In this document: positions 1 to 18,005 of the stretch, piece after piece
How positions within the stretch are numbered: position 1 is the stretch's first letter
Layout of the letters: each line of letters opens with the position of its first letter
Source: Eledone cirrhosa
Taxonomy: Eukaryota
Length of the DNA stretch: 64,000 nt
Assembly: GCA_964016885.1 (NCBI GenBank)
Contig: OZ024740.1
Span: forward strand, 240,994,001-241,058,000
Direction: 5' to 3'
Made by a program: the position numbers and the translations under genes
The notes under the pieces: generated by a model
The model's input: the letters and a program-made list of their open reading frames with translations, nothing else
The model's database searches: none
What the model was told of the DNA's origin: nothing

Positions 1-2458
1 TTCAAACGGTAAAGTTAGACTACCTCCTATTCACGACCCTCCAGAGACATTGTAATTCCTTTTGACAGACACGACGGAGGAATCATGGAAGTTTCTGCGT
101 AATATCCGCCGCTACAATTCCGTGTTTCAGATAACATCCTTCGGAGCAAAGCTTGCCTCGGAACGTGGGTTAATGCCAACTTTCAAGGTCCAGGGGCAGA
201 TCTACCCCCTGATTGGGTCTATTCAGCCTCTGGCAGAAAAGGATCCTCAATTTCTTCAGTTATACTTCGTTGGAAACTATCAGGAGCAGGCAGAGATGCG
301 AAACTCTATTTCGTCCGAAACTAACATTGAAACCATAATAAAACTTCAAGAAATGCTTCATGACAAAAACAGCTATGTTCGCAGTTTCAAGTACGCTTTG
401 GAAACAGCTACTGACCCAAACTTTAGTGTGGTCATACATGCTGACCGAAGGCCATCTGGAGAACACGCTGGTCGGTTCAACGCACCAACATGTAATGAGA
501 TTGCTGCGGTTATTTGTGGTGAACAGCACAAGAGAGATATCATTCTAAAGCACCGAGACAGCACATTACAGCGTATCAATGAGACACAGGTCCTACGATG
601 CACTCCAGTATCCATTGCTATTTGTCAACGGCGAGGACGGATACCATTTCGGCATTCCTCAACATTCAGCTGGCAATGGTGAGGCACATCTTAGCAAAAC
701 TGTCACCTGCATGGATTTCTACGCTTTCCGATTTATGGTAAGGGACAATTCATTCAACCATGTACACCGTTCTCGGGACCTTTTCCAACAATTTGCTGTT
801 GATATGGCCGTTAAAATGGAGTCTGAGAGATTATGGTTCATTAAATTAAATCAAAAGAAACTTCGATCTGAATGCTACATTCATCCACGCGATGGAATTA
901 ACAACGACGTATCCCCAGACAATTTAGGGCAAGTGTGTATTTTGCCTTCAACGTTCCCAGGAGGACCCCTATACATGCACAAGAGGACTCAGGACGCCAT
1001 GACTTACGTACGACATTATGGGCGCCCCGACCTTTTCATAACGTTTACATGCAATCCCAAGTGCGACATGTACACGGTTGAATGGCAGAAACGAGGGCTG
1101 CCGCATGCCCATATCTTGATTTGGTTGGTTACACTACCGAACTACCGAACTACCTGATCTGTCGATTGACAAGGACCTCTTCTCTATAGTCACATCAAAC
1201 ATGATCCATGGTCCTTGCGGACATGGACTCAGTATGAAGTCCCCGTGCATACACGACGGAAAATGTACAAAACGATATCCTAGGACGTTTTTACAGGAAA
1301 CACAGACAGGCGGTGACGGATATCCGTTGTATAGGCGCAGGAGACCTGAAGACGGTGGGTTCACAGCATAGGTTGGCGAACGTGAAATCGACAACAGCTG
1401 GATAGTGCCATATTGCCCCCTCCTCTTGAAAGCGTTTAACGGCCATATAAACGTCGAATTTTGCAACCCAGTAAAATCAATTAAATACGTTTGTAAGTAC
1501 GTAAACAAGGGATCGGATGCTGCCGTCTTTGGTCTTCGTCATGAAAACAGTAGAGACGAGGTATCTGACTACCAAGCAGGCCGATACATTAGCCGCAATG
1601 AAGCCTTTTGGCGCATTTGTGGCTCCCCACTGCACCAATGACACACCGTCATTAAACAACTTGCCGTTCACCTTGAAAACGGTCAACGGGAGTATTTCAA
1701 CGATGCAACAGCTGCTCAGCTAGCGAACTCGCAAAAGGAAACTTTTTTCAAACTTTGTCAACACGACGACTTCGCTCGAACTCTGCTGTATTCTGAAATA
1801 CTATACATGGAACCGGACAAAATGGCTACGAAGGAAGGTAGGGAAAGAGGTGGTTAGACATCCAGGCATCAAATTCGACAATTGCTTTGGGCGAGTTTAT
1901 ACGGTCTACCCTACCCAACACGAATGCTTCTACCTGCGACTTCTGCTTCATGAGGTAAGAGGGCCGACTAGCTTCACTCATCTGAGAACCGTCGATGGAT
2001 AAGCCTGCGGAACGTACAGGGAAGCCTGCCTGAGGCATCGACTTTTAGAAGATGACGCACAATGGGATGCAACCTTGACGGAAGCTGCCATCTCACAATC
2101 ATCCCGTAGTCTAAGGACACTTTTTTCTATCCTCTTCCACGTCTGTGAATTGAGCGATCCTTAATTTTTATGGTAAAAGTTTAAAGATGATTTCACAGAC
2201 GAATATAGGCGTCTCGCTCAATTGCAATCTCCAAACTTAGATGTCGGCTTTTCAGACGCTATATATAACAGAGCTCTGATCGATATTGAAGACAGAGTGG
2301 TTTCAATGGGCGATGTCTTGGAGAAATATGGGCTTCCGCAAACACTTCGAGATGCGCCATCTGACATTCCCAACGACATTATACGTGAAACTTCATATGA
2401 TGTCGACAAACTCAAAAGGTATGTTGAAGAAAATGAATCAAAACTTCTAATGGATCAA
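1..2458 (+). mobile_element. Helitron Rep(Hel) relic, frameshifted, truncated at the start of the helicase
   Basis: Successive ORF pieces carry Helitron Rep motifs: FKVQGQIY, HRSYDALQYPLLF, LPSTFPGGP, YGRPDLFITFTCNP, VEWQKRGLPHAH (HUH), MIHGPCG, HINVEFC, KYVCKYVNKG (two catalytic Tyr), HLENGQ. Many stops and frameshifts. Confidence 0.93.
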
Positions 2459-2730
2459 ACCAAGCCTACAACATTGTCGTTTTGTCTTTCCTTTATGGGA
2501 ATCACCATGAGCGCATCCTTCCAATCTTGTGGGACACTCATTTTCCAACACCTTTTCGTGAGGTCAGTCAGGCGTTGCGTGAAGTTTTCATCACCGCACT
2601 TCAAAACCTCTGCACTCAGACCATCCATACCAGGAGACTTCCCACAGTTCAGCTTATGCACAGCAGAAGTCACCGCTGCAAGAGAAGGTACATCAGCCAT
2701 CTCATGCTTCACTGGTTCGAGCAAATGAAA
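2459..2730 (-). mobile_element. LINE (RTE-like) fragment, pre-RT region
   Basis: ORF 2455..2724(-): KLNCGKSPGMDGLSAEVLK...VPQDWKDALMVIP, typical of the APE-RT tether region. Confidence 0.8.
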
Positions 2731-2763
2731 TCATCATCACGCTGGGTTGTATATATATATATG

Positions 2764-4790
<2,027 letters not shown>

Positions 4791-4794
<4 letters not shown>

Positions 4795-7617
4795 ATCAAA
4801 AGATGGTTAACAGAGTTCCATGTATTTTATTATGCGCATTTCAAAAATTAACATAATTTAGATTCTCTATCTTAAATTGCAACATAGTTAACCTTAATAT
4901 TATTAAGAACAATATACGTGATCTCTTTAACCAACATAACTTAAAAATTGAATTTGATAACAACATCAAACTAGCTAACTTCTTGGATATATCTCTTAAT
5001 CTTGACACTGGCCTATATTACCCTTACCATAAAAACAATGAGAATCTAAATTATGTGAATTTTAAATCTAACCACCCCACTAACATTAAAAATACTATAG
5101 TTAGTAATATTGGAAAAAAATATCAAATCTATCATCTAATAAAAACATCTTTGATGCTAACGCCATTACTATAATAACGCGCTTTCTAAAGCCGGTTATC
5201 CTGATAAAATCAAATACAGGAAAGAAACCAATCCTAGAAGATCTTACAGTAAAATAATTAATCATGATCATTCCAATAACTTTAATAAAAGACCTAGATA
5301 CAAAAATATAATCTGGTATAATGCTCCTTTCTCCATCTCTATTAATAATAATATTCCTAAATTATTCTTTAGTGCCTTAAATAAATGCTTCCCTCCCTCA
5401 CATATCTATAGTAAAATATTTAACAAACATACTATAAAATTTTCCTATTCGACCTCCTCCAACATCTCCAACATTATCTCTAAACACAACAATAAAATAC
5501 TAAATACTAAATCTCTTCCTTCCAACACTGAATATCATAATAATAGCAATAGTACTCCCGACGTCATTTTTAACTCTAGGCTAATTTCTGCAAACCCAAA
5601 TACGACGTCAATCGCAACTTCGTTAAATGTTCTTAATCCTAATCTAAATCAAGAAACTATTATTCCTATCGTAAATAACTTCTCCAATCCAATTCCTCCT
5701 ATAGATAACACTAGGTCACTTGTTAATAACTCTGTTAATTTCTCTAATCGCAATTGTAATTGCCCTGTTAAAAATAAATGTCCTCTCAACAACAATTGTC
5801 TTGAAAAAAAAATTAATCTATGAATGTAAAGTAATAACTGACACCAATTCCTTTACCTATTTTGGCTCCACTTCCACCTCCTTTAAAGCTCGTCTTTATA
5901 ATCATCATTCGTCTTTTAAATACCAACTTAAAAGAACCAACACGGCACTCTCAGAACTCATATGGTCCTTGAAAGACAAAAATATTAACTATAACATCTC
6001 TTGGAGGAAAGTTTGTTATGCCTCTCCATACTTGAATGCCTCTCTATCCAAAACATGTAATCTCTGTTTATGTGAGAAATTTACCATTATATCTAATTTA
6101 GATTCTAAAATAAATAGACGCACTGACTTATTTTCTCTCTGCTTGCATAAATTCCACAGAACATTCCATAAAGTATACAGCTAATATCTAATACTTTACC
6201 AATTTAAAATCCTTTTTCTCAAAGGCATATATATATATATATTTCTTTAAAAATATACCCATCTTTCTACCTTATTTCAATGTTATTTATTATACATTAT
6301 ATAATACTAGTTACTCATTCTATATCATTCCTATTTATCACTTCCCTTTCTTCCTTTTTTCCTTTTTTCTTTTAATTTCTAACCTCTAATCTGCACCTTT
6401 TCTTCCTAGATACTTCTCAATTCTCATTATTGCTCACCACAATATATCCACTCTTCCTTCTTCCATCATATCACTGGCCATAAAACTTACTATTACCCTT
6501 TTAAATACTTTATAGTATCACCTTTAAAAATCCTTCGTAAGCATAAACATTTTTTTTTTACGTTAGATTATTCGTCCTCAATTCATTATTTTATTCTCCC
6601 TTTCATGCTCGTCTAACTTTGACATATTACACATCACAATACATAAAAACAAACTTAAACCCTAACTAATCTCCTTTATTACATTATATTATTACCATTA
6701 GGAAATACTTCATAAACATACATATTTTGATGTTAGAGTCTTCTGTTCCTTAAACACTATCTCCTTCTTTGCTTTCTGCGCTCATTTGTAAACAAACTAT
6801 TTACATATATTATACATACATATTACATTACATAAAAACAAACTTAAACACTAACTAATTCCTCTAAATTCATAATTCATCCACTCTTCTACTTCTTTTC
6901 ACATTATATCCTTAATAACATTAATAGTTTTATTTTAATAATAGATATCAACAATTTCTTTCCATCGCACATATTATTAAACCCTTCAATATTCAAACCT
7001 TAATTTAATATTATTCTTAATACATATTAACTATTTCTTTTCATCGCACATATTATTAAACCCTTCAATATACAAACCTTAATTTAACTTTATTCTTAAT
7101 TTTTTCTCTTCATTAATTTTCAAATTTTTTAAATTTATATATTATCTTCCAACGGCTTTTTAACCTCTCTCTGTAAAACAATATATTTTTCTCAGTTATA
7201 AAGGGTATCTCTCTCTTTCTATCACCCATCTCTCCTCCTATCTCATCCTTCCTTATTATACTCCCCCCCCCCCCCCTCCATTCTTTACTCTCAACTCCTC
7301 CTCTTTTTCATCCCCCCCCCTCATTTTCCCCCAATATCACACATCAATCTAAAACTACTTTTCATATGTTGATTTAAAACTGCACTATCCACAAGTGTTT
7401 TTTAACCTTCATATCATGTCTCCCTATTTTATTTGACGAAAACGCAAATGTCATCGTATGATGATATTTGTTTTTGAAATGCGCATAATAAAATACATGG
7501 AACTCTTTTAACCATCTTTTGATCTTATATATTGTTTATACTCCAGTCCTACAAACTGTAGAGTGCTACTTATCCGATATCTGCATTGCTTTATTGTACT
7601 ACAATAAAACTCACCTC

Positions 7618-7620
<3 letters not shown>
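4791..7620 (+). mobile_element. Penelope-like element (Naiad-type, family A), 5'-truncated, with short inverted pLTR at the 5' side
   Basis: RT thumb (FLDISLNL..YYPYHK...SNHP), Cys linker, GIY-YIG (LIYECK...YFGST..FKARLYNH; CNLCLCEK). 4791-4847 is the reverse complement of ~7471-7527. HHR in the 3' pLTR. Confidence 0.9.
7425..7495 (+). ncRNA. Type I hammerhead ribozyme (family A, U3-G8 variant)
   Basis: tattttat-TTGACGA-long stem II-GAAA-tgcgca-TA-ataaaata; palindromic stem III ATGCGCAT. Confidence 0.75.
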
Positions 7621-7695
<75 letters not shown>

Positions 7696-7699
7696 ACAC

Positions 7700-7733
<34 letters not shown>

Positions 7734-7735
7734 GT

Positions 7736-7783
<48 letters not shown>

Positions 7784-7797
7784 ACATATATATATAT

Positions 7798-7875
<78 letters not shown>

Positions 7876-7903
7876 GTATACATATATACATATATATGTA
7901 TAC

Positions 7904-7938
<35 letters not shown>

Positions 7939-7972
7939 CATATATACATATATATATATACATAAATGTATA
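7620..7972. repeat. (CA)n/(TA)n microsatellite
   Basis: Dinucleotide repeats seen directly. Confidence 0.98.
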
Positions 7973-7975
7973 TAT

Positions 7976-10544
7976 TCTCTGTTACCTGTTCCAGCCATCC
8001 GTCTGAGGCCATGCTGGGGCACCGCCCTTGTTGCTACACATTTTATCTCCAGCCTGTATTGGTTGGCCACTGGTGCAAGAGGGAGTTCGTTGTTGCTGCC
8101 CTTAGGTTTCCCTCGTGCCTCGCTGTGGGCACATCAGGGATCCTGGATAGCAAGGTGACGAGATGTTTCTTGAAGACATCCACATCCACACCATGCAGAT
8201 CTCTCAGATCCCTCGGCAGCTTGTTGAAGAGTTGAAGGCCCTTGAACCCCAGGCTATTGCAATATCTGCTCCTTATTCTATATGTGGAAGACGGGACCTT
8301 TGGCACCACACAGTGACATCCTGTTCGACGGTTGGTCCAGCTCCCAATGCCAAAGTTTGGTGCTAGTCCCTCCAGGATTTTCCACATGTAGATCACTGCG
8401 TATCTCTCCCGTCTTCGTTCCAAGGAGTAGAGGTTCAGTTCTTTTAGCCTCTCCCAGTAGCTTATCTCATTCATTGTCGCAATCCTCTTGGTGTAGCTTC
8501 GCTGGATTGCCTCAAGCTCCGTGGTTAGTTTGACACTATGGGGTGATCACAAATGGGAGCAATAGTCCAGGCGGCTTAGGAAAACTGTCCTCCATAGTGT
8601 CAACATGGTGTCTCGGTCTCTTGTCCGGAAAGTCCTCAATTTCCAGCTAGCGAGTCATCTGCACATTGTCGCCACTTTCATGATGTGTGAGGAAAAAGAT
8701 GCATCATCACTCATGTCTATACCCAGGTCTCGTATCGACTTCGACACGGGGATATCGGTCCCTCCTGGTCCGGCGTAACTGTGTTGTACTGTATTTGTGT
8801 TTGCAGGTTTGTATTGTAGGGCTTGAAATTTGCCAGCATTAAACTGCATGTTGTTGTCTTCCACCCATTTGTATATGGCATCTAGATCTTGTTGTAAAAG
8901 GGCAGCGTCAGCCGGGTTTTTGATTGCCTGTGCTACCTTAGTGTCATCAGCATAGCTAGTGAGGGATGTTGTTGTATGTACTACAGAAGGCATGTCTGAG
9001 AGAGCCACCAAAAACAGTAGTGGTCCCAGGACTGTGCCTTGGGGCACCCCACTTGTTATTGATGTTTCCTTTGAGAGGGCCCCGGTTGCTGCAACTGTCT
9101 GGCTTCTGTTCTTTAAGAAGTCGTGCAGCTATTCACCTACTTTTCCAGTTATGCCGAGTTCGTGTAGTTTGTGACATATCATTCCGTGGTCGACCTTGTC
9201 AAAGGCCTTCGCAAAGTCAAGATATATCACGTTCACGTGTGAGCTGTCTAGCAGTTGCTTCAATACCCAGTCGCTCTGCTACCTCCTTTATGGATAGGGC
9301 ATATTGTGCCTTCTTTCAGCTCCCGCTAGCCAAGGAGCTTCTGAAGAGCGTCTTCAGTGGAATTGCTAAGGCCCGCTTACATGTTTTTAAGAGGACTGCT
9401 GGGAATCCATGAGGTCCAGCAGCCGAGTCTGTTCTAATTTCATCTATGGCGTATACCACATCCTCCTCCGTTATGTCTATGTGATTGATGGTCGCCATTT
9501 CTTCATGTAGTGGTGTGTCATCAAAGAAATCTTCTGGCTTTGTTATTTGCATGTGCCTCAGTGGACATGTGAACACACTTTTGTACTGTTCGTTCAGTAT
9601 TTCACTTATCTCTTGGGGATTCTCGGTTAATGAACCGTCTGTATGGAAGAGTGGTCGAATCTTGCAGTGTACCGAGGCAGTTTCTTTTGCAAATTTAAAG
9701 AAGGCCTTAGGGTTTGTTTTAATATTTTCTATGGCCCTGCTTTCTTTCTTTGCCCTCTCATTTTCATAGGAAAGTTTGAGTGCAATCTCGGTGTCAAGTA
9801 GTGCACTTTTCAAATAGGATTGCTTCTTGTTTTTGTTTTCTTGTTGTGCATTCAACTGGTTTGAGAGCTTGGTTCTTCGTCTCATAAGGAATTTCCTATC
9901 TCTGGGAATAAGATTTTTGTTGGCCTTTTTCTCCGGGACAAACTTTTGGCATATAGTGTGTATCGTTCGTTGTCATGAAGTGTTGAAATTGTGTGTTGGT
10001 GTCTTGTGTGGCGGTGTTTTCGCCCCATATTTGCTTCCGGATTTCTCTCTTGATCTTTTTCCAGTTAGACTTGTAGAAGTTAAGTCTGGTTAAGGTTCCG
10101 GTGCTTTTTGATGGCTGTGTCTCTGTTGATTCTCTCGGACCTCATATCATTAGTTCTACTAAGTTATGATCCGAGAAGATTGTTGGTGTCACCTTTACAT
10201 TGTGGATGAGCACTTCGTTGTTTGTAAAACAGAGGTCCAGGACATTCTCGCCTCTTGTTGGGAGGAGTACTGCTTGTTCCATGAACAGCCTGTGTGTGAG
10301 GGCCAGCAGGGACTCCGTCTGTCTCTGTTCTATTGATGTCATTCCAGGGAGGAGGTGGCCCTCAGGCCATTTGACCTTTGGTAGGTTGAAGTCTCCCAGC
10401 AGTAGAATATTGAGACCCTGGTCCAGTTTGTCAAGGACCTCTTCTATCTTACTGAGGCTATCCTCAAATTTATCCTCATGACTGGAGGCATCGGGCGGCC
10501 GATATGTGAGACATGTTACTGTCTTTAGTTGCTTCATATGTACT

Positions 10545-10548
<4 letters not shown>
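7976..10548 (-). mobile_element. CR1-group LINE, decayed APE-RT ORF2
   Basis: APE motifs YRPP, LLGDFN, LDLCFTN, SDHN; RT motifs PQGTVLGPLLF and SYADDTK; C-terminal LYSLERRRERY. Same family as 36789-38923. Confidence 0.92.
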
Positions 10549-10591
<43 letters not shown>

Positions 10592-10615
10592 GTATATATA
10601 TATATGTATAAATAA

Positions 10616-10647
<32 letters not shown>

Positions 10648-10661
10648 GTATATATATATGT

Positions 10662-10729
<68 letters not shown>

Positions 10730-10759
10730 AAATCAAAAGATGGTTAAAAGAGTTCCATG

Positions 10760-10830
10760 TATTTTAGTATGCGCATTTCAAAAACAAATATCATCATGGG
10801 ATGATATTTGCATTCTCATCAGATAAAATA
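10760..10830 (-). ncRNA. Type I hammerhead ribozyme (family A)
   Basis: Minus strand: tattttat-CTGATGA-gaatgcaaatatcat...atgatatttgttttt-GAAA-tgcgca-TA-ctaaaata. Confidence 0.85.
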
Positions 10831-11062
10831 GGGAGAAATGATATGAAGCTTAAAAAACACTTGCGAGCAGTGAAGTGTTAAATCAACATATGAAAAATAA
10901 GATAAGATGGATATATGAGATTGGGAAAAAAAGGAAAGGAAGGGGGGAAGGAAAAGGTAAGGAAGAGGAAGAAAGAATATAATAAGAAAAAAAATATAAT
11001 AATAATGAAAGGATGACGGAGGAGGAGTATAAGAAGGAAGGATGAGAGAGGAGGAGAAAATG

Positions 11063-11158
<96 letters not shown>

Positions 11159-12421
11159 TTTAATACTAAGAAACACTGTCTCACAGAGAGAAATTTTAAA
11201 AAACCGTTGTCAGATAATACATCATTTAAAAAATTTAGAAATTAAAAGTTAATGAAGTTTATGAATGGTGATGCTTATGATTAAAGAAAAAGGAATTAAG
11301 AATACTATTTAAGGTTTATTTATTGAAGGGTTTAATAATATGTGCGAAAAGGAATTTATTAAAATGTATTATTAAAATAAAATATATTAAGAAGATGAGG
11401 TGAATGAAGATAAGGTTAAATGAATTATGAACTTAGAGGAATTAATTAGGGTCCAAGTTTGTTTCTATGTATTGTAATAGGAAAAAGTAAATAATAGGTT
11501 TGATACGAGCACGGAAGGAGAGAAGAAAGGAGAAATTCAAGGAAGAAAAAATATATAACGTCAAAAAAATATATGTTTACAAAATTTCACTAATGGTAAT
11601 ATTAGTCTATATTAAAAATAGACATTTGTATGGCCGAGAATATAAGGAAAATGCTATAGTGAGTTATAATATGAATTAAGAAGTAATTGAGAAGTAAAAG
11701 TTGCAGATTAAAGATTAGAAATTAAAAAAGAAGAAAAAAGAAGAAAAATAGGGTACCGCTAACGACATAGTATGAGTAATATTGTATAATATAATGAAAT
11801 AAGGTAGAAGGACGGGTATATTTGTAAAAAATATAAAAGCGTTTGAGAAAAGAAGATTTTAAACTAATTAGGTAGTAAGATATCAGCTGTATACTTTATG
11901 GAAAGTTCCATGGGATTTATGCAAGCAGAGCGAAAATAAATCCGTACGTCTATTTATTATAGAATTAAAATTAGAGATTATGGTAAATTTCTCCGCTAGG
12001 CAGAGATTACATATTCTGGATAGGGAAAAATTGCGGTAAGGAGAGGCGTTGCAAACCTTCCTCCAAGAAATGTTGTAGTTAATATTTTGTCCTTTAAGGA
12101 CCATATGAGTTCTGTTATCCCACAGGTTCGTTCTAATTGCTCTATTTCTAACTTAAATTTATGGATTGGTACATCTGATATAATTAATTGGTTCAATGAC
12201 CTGAATAATAAAAACAAACACAAATTTATTCAGTTTGACATTTCCAGTTACTATTCTTCTATTTCGCCTTCACTCCTCAACAACGCTCTCTCTTTTGCAT
12301 TTAAATATTCTGACATTACCACAGATAAACTTTACATCATTCTTACTGCAAGAAAAACTAGCCTGGAATTCAACAACGAATATTGGACTAGACTGATACT
12401 TCCAACAATTTTTATATCACA

Positions 12422-13483
12422 ATGGGTTCGTCGGATTCAGCGCAATTAACGGACTTGATTGGAATCTTTATTTTGAATTCTTTAAATCGGAAAATTCCTC
12501 AACTTCGCGGTGGAATTTATCGTGACGATGCTCTTTTTACTGTCTTAAACTGTAACTTAGTTAACCTTAATATTATTAAGAATAATATACTTGATCTATT
12601 TAAGCACCATAACCTAAAAATTGAATTTGAAAACAACATCAAACTAGCTAACTTCCTGTATATATCCCTTAATCTTGACACCGGCCTATATTATCCTTAC
12701 AATAAAGACAATGAGAATCTAAATTATGTTAATTTTAAATCTAACCACCCTATTAATGTTAAAAATGCTATAGTCAGTAATGTTGAAAAAAGAATCTCAA
12801 ATCTATCTTCTAATAAAGTTATCTTTGACGCTAAAGCCAATTATTATAATAATGCGCTTTCCAGAGCCGGTTATCCTGACAAAATTAAATACAGTAAAGA
12901 AACCAATCATCGAGGGACTTATAGTAAAATAGTTAGTTATAAGCATTCCAATAACATAAAGAAAAGACCTAGATATACAAATATGATTTGGTACAATATT
13001 CCTAAACTATTTTTTAGGGCCTTAGATAAATGCTCCCCTCCCTCGCATATTTATAGTAAGATATTTAATAAACATACAATTAAATTCTCTTATTCCACCA
13101 CTTCCAACATCTCTAACATTATCTCTAAACATAATAATAAAATATTAAGTAATAAATTATATCCATTCAACACTGCGCGTCATAATAATAGCAATAGTAA
13201 ACCCGACGTCAATGTTAACTCTAGGCTAGATTCCGTAAATTTAAATACAATGTCAAACGTAACTTTGTCGAATGTTCATAATACAAATCTAAATCAGGAA
13301 ACTTTAGCACCTATCGTAAATAACTTCTCCAATTCAATTCCTTCTATTAATAATACTGGGTCACTTGTTAATAACTCTGTTAATTTCTCTAATCGTAATT
13401 TCAATTGCCCTGTTAGAACTAAATGTCCTCTTAGTAACCAATATCTTGATAAAAATTTAGTGTATGAATGTAATTCATACTAA
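12422..13483 (+). pseudogene. Penelope/Naiad reverse transcriptase fragment
   Basis: MGSSDSAQLTDLIG...GGIYRDDAL...SNHP...NCPVRTKCPL; frameshifted at both ends. Confidence 0.88.
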
Positions 13484-14811
13484 TTCATACTAATTCTTTT
13501 ACCTATTTTGGTTTCACTTCCACTTCCTTTAAAGCAAGATTTTATAATCACAATTCGTCTTTTAAATACTAACTTAAAAGAACTAACACGGCACTCTCAG
13601 AACTCACATGGTCCTTAAAGGACAAAAATATTAACTACAACATTTCTTGGAGGAAGGTTTGCAACGCCTCTTCTTACCGCAATTCTTCCATATCCAGAAC
13701 ATGTAATCTCTGCCTAGCGGAGAAATTTACCATAATCTCTAATTTTAATTCTATAATAAATAGACGTACGGATTTATTTTCGCTCTGCTTGCATAAATCC
13801 CATGGAACTTTCCATAAAGTATACAGCTAATATCTTACTACCTAATTAGTTTAAAATCTTCTTTTCTCAAACGCTTTTATATCGTTTACAAATATACCCG
13901 TCCTTCTACCTTATTTCAGTATATTATACAATATTACTCATACTATGTCGTTAGCGATCTCCTATTTTTCTTCTTTTTTTAATTTCTAATCTTTAATCTG
14001 CAACTTTTACTTCTCAATTACTTCTTAATTCATATTATAACTCACTATAGCATTTTCCTTATATTCTCGGCCATACAAATGTCTATTTTTAATATAGACA
14101 AATATTACCATTAGTGAAATTTTGTAAACATATTTTTTTGACGTTATATACTTTTTCTTCCTTGAATTTCTCCTTTCTTCTCTCCCTCCGTGCTCGTATT
14201 AAACCTATTATTTACTTTTTCCTATTACAATACATAGAAACAAACTTGGACCCTAATTAATTCCTCTAAGTTCATAATTCATTTAACCTTATCTTCATTC
14301 ACCTTATCTTCTTAATATATTTTATTTTAATAATACATTTTAATAAATTCCTTTTCGCACATATTATTAAACCCTTCAATATATAAACCTTAAATAAATA
14401 GTATTCTTAATTCCTTTTTCTTTAATCATAAACATCACCATTCATAAACTTCATTAACTTTTAATTTCTACATTTAAAAAAAAATGATGTATTATCTGAC
14501 AACGGTTTTTTAAAATTTCTCTCTGTGAGACAGTGTTTCTTAGTATTAAAGGTTATCTCTCTCTCTCTCTCATTCATTTTCTCCTCCTCTCTCATCCTTC
14601 CTTCTTATACTCCTCCTCCGTCAGCCTTTCCTTATTATTATATATTTTTTTCTTATTATATTCTTTATTCCTCTTCCTTACCTTTTCCACCCCCCCCTTC
14701 CTTTCCTTTTTTTTCCCAATCTCATATATCCATCTTATTTTATTTTCCATATGTTGATTTAACACTTTACTGTTCGCAAGTGTTTTTTAAGCTTCATATC
14801 ATGTCTCCCTC

Positions 14812-14878
14812 TTTTATCTGATGAGAATGCAAATATCATCCCATGATGATATTCGTTTTTGAAATGTGCATAATAAAA
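14812..14878 (+). ncRNA. Type I hammerhead ribozyme (family A)
   Basis: ttttat-CTGATGA(14818)-stem II-GAAA(14861)-tgtgca-TA-ataaaa. Confidence 0.85.
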
Positions 14879-15003
14879 TACATGGAACTCTTTTAACCAT
14901 CTTTTGATTTTATATTATTTATACTTCAGTCCTATAAACTGTTGAGTGCTACTTATCCGATATTTGCATTGCTTTATTGTGCTACAATAAAACTCACCTC
15001 CTA

Positions 15004-15528
<525 letters not shown>

Positions 15529-15682
15529 GAAAACGGAGAAAAATACGATTTTATTTTTCTCTCTCTTTTTTCTGGGTTAGAAAATGATTAAAACGAAATA
15601 TTTTACTTTGTGTGAAGTGTTAAGGAATTAGTTGATTTATTTATTACTTAACAATGGCATTTACATATTTATATATTTAATA

Positions 15683-15730
15683 ATTGTCTATTACCGGTTT
15701 CAGCCTTTTTATGCATTATCAAATGATAAT
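15683..15730 (-). ncRNA. Degenerate hammerhead, U3-A8 core
   Basis: attatcat-TTGATAA-weak stem II-GAAA-ccgg-TA-atagacaat. Confidence 0.45.
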
Positions 15731-15960
15731 AATATGTATTGGTGTAAAATGGTGGTGTTGAACATGTTAAGAAAATGGTGCAGAAAGAATAATATCATTT
15801 ATAGTTATGTATACACTATATACAACTATAATCAGGGAAGGTCAGTAATTTATTACTACCTTATTATCAGTAAGAAAAATAGCTCAATGTAAATACATGA
15901 GATGTTTTACAGAGCCGGAATATAAATTACACAATAATCAAAGCTATGTTCAAATCATTT

Positions 15961-16018
15961 TATTGCTGACAACCGTTTCTTCCAAACTATCGTTTGGAAT
16001 CATCGGTGCATTAGCAAT
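15961..16018 (-). ncRNA. Hammerhead-like motif (family H, U4C variant)
   Basis: CCGATGA-ttccaaac gata gtttggaa (8-bp stem II)-GAAA-cgg-TT-gtcagcaat. Its downstream flank 15835-15960 recurs at 28835-28985. Confidence 0.6.
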
Positions 16019-16323
16019 GTTTGTACATATAAATAACTTCCTATTCAACTGAACAATCACATAGATACATATATATTGATGTTGTGAACAACAGTTTCGT
16101 ATTTACAGGGTGGAATGGATGCGACATAGATTTCAAGAGATTGTACAATAGTTAAAATTAAAAATTAAAATTTAAAAAATTAAAAAGGCCCACAGTGGAA
16201 TGCATGCGACAGAGATTAGTATAACAATTAGAGAGGCATTAAGGTAGAAAGTTACTCGTAAAACGAGGACACTAGCAGTACATATGCTTGCATATGTACT
16301 GCTAGTGTCCTCATTTTACGAGT

Positions 16324-17365
<1,042 letters not shown>

Positions 17366-17526
17366 TGTTCTACTCGGGGAAGGTCATATTGTTGTAATAA
17401 TATTGCCAGAAATAATAACAGAATACTCTCACTGTTTGTCTGGTTTTCGCCTCTGTATCCTTTATATCTCCATAGTTAACTTATTTGGCAATCGATGTTT
17501 ATCATTGATTGACCAACGGTTAAAAA

Positions 17527-17555
<29 letters not shown>

Positions 17556-17561
<6 letters not shown>

Positions 17562-17607
17562 ATCAAAGTTCTTTCGTTGCACATCTGCAACATCATCAGT
17601 GGTACTA
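17556..17607 (-). ncRNA. Hammerhead ribozyme motif
   Basis: tagtacca-CTGATGA-t-gttgca gatg tgcaac-GAAA-gaac-TT-tgatagacta. Confidence 0.65.
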
Positions 17608-17704
17608 TTGTTTCCTCCTGTTGTATTGTATGTCTACGCCATTTTTATTTCAAAATAAAAACTAAAAAACTACCAAATGTATATATACATATATATGTAT
17701 ATAT

Positions 17705-18005
17705 GTAGAAGAGATATTTAATTTGTTGGAAATCCAACAAATATAGATGTTTATAACTGATTCAAAGCACTCGACAAGTTTCTTGAGTAAGTATTCAATG
17801 ATATTAAGTAAATAGAAACTATAACTAACTTTCCAGGGATAACTTGAACCGTTATGGTATATCATCCTTGGTCATGTCAAATATTTATAAAACACTTTGT
17901 ATTTTATCTGATGATAGCGTCCCAAAATCTTTGGTACCCTTGAAATATATATAATAGAATAAATATGGTTTTATAAATATAGTTCCCATTTATTTAATAT
18001 CATTG
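17705..18005 (+). mobile_element. HHR mini-element family B (inverted tail plus HHR segment)
   Basis: 17705-17822 is the inverted tail; 17823-18005 carries the HHR. Homologous to 30468-30757 and to the ends of 22457-23603. Confidence 0.75.
17900..17961 (+). ncRNA. Type I hammerhead ribozyme (family B)
   Basis: tattttat-CTGATGA-stem II (ccaaa/tttgg)-GAAA-tatata-TA-atagaata. Confidence 0.78.

Larger units (their letters stand above)
10725..15003 (+). mobile_element. Penelope-like element (Naiad-type, family A) with ~1.35 kb inverted duplication of its 3' end
   Basis: Plus segment 12115-15003 encodes RT (QFDISSYY, MGSSDSAQL, GIYRDD) and GIY-YIG. 10725-12114 is the reverse complement of ~13598-14917. 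HHR in both arms. Confidence 0.93.
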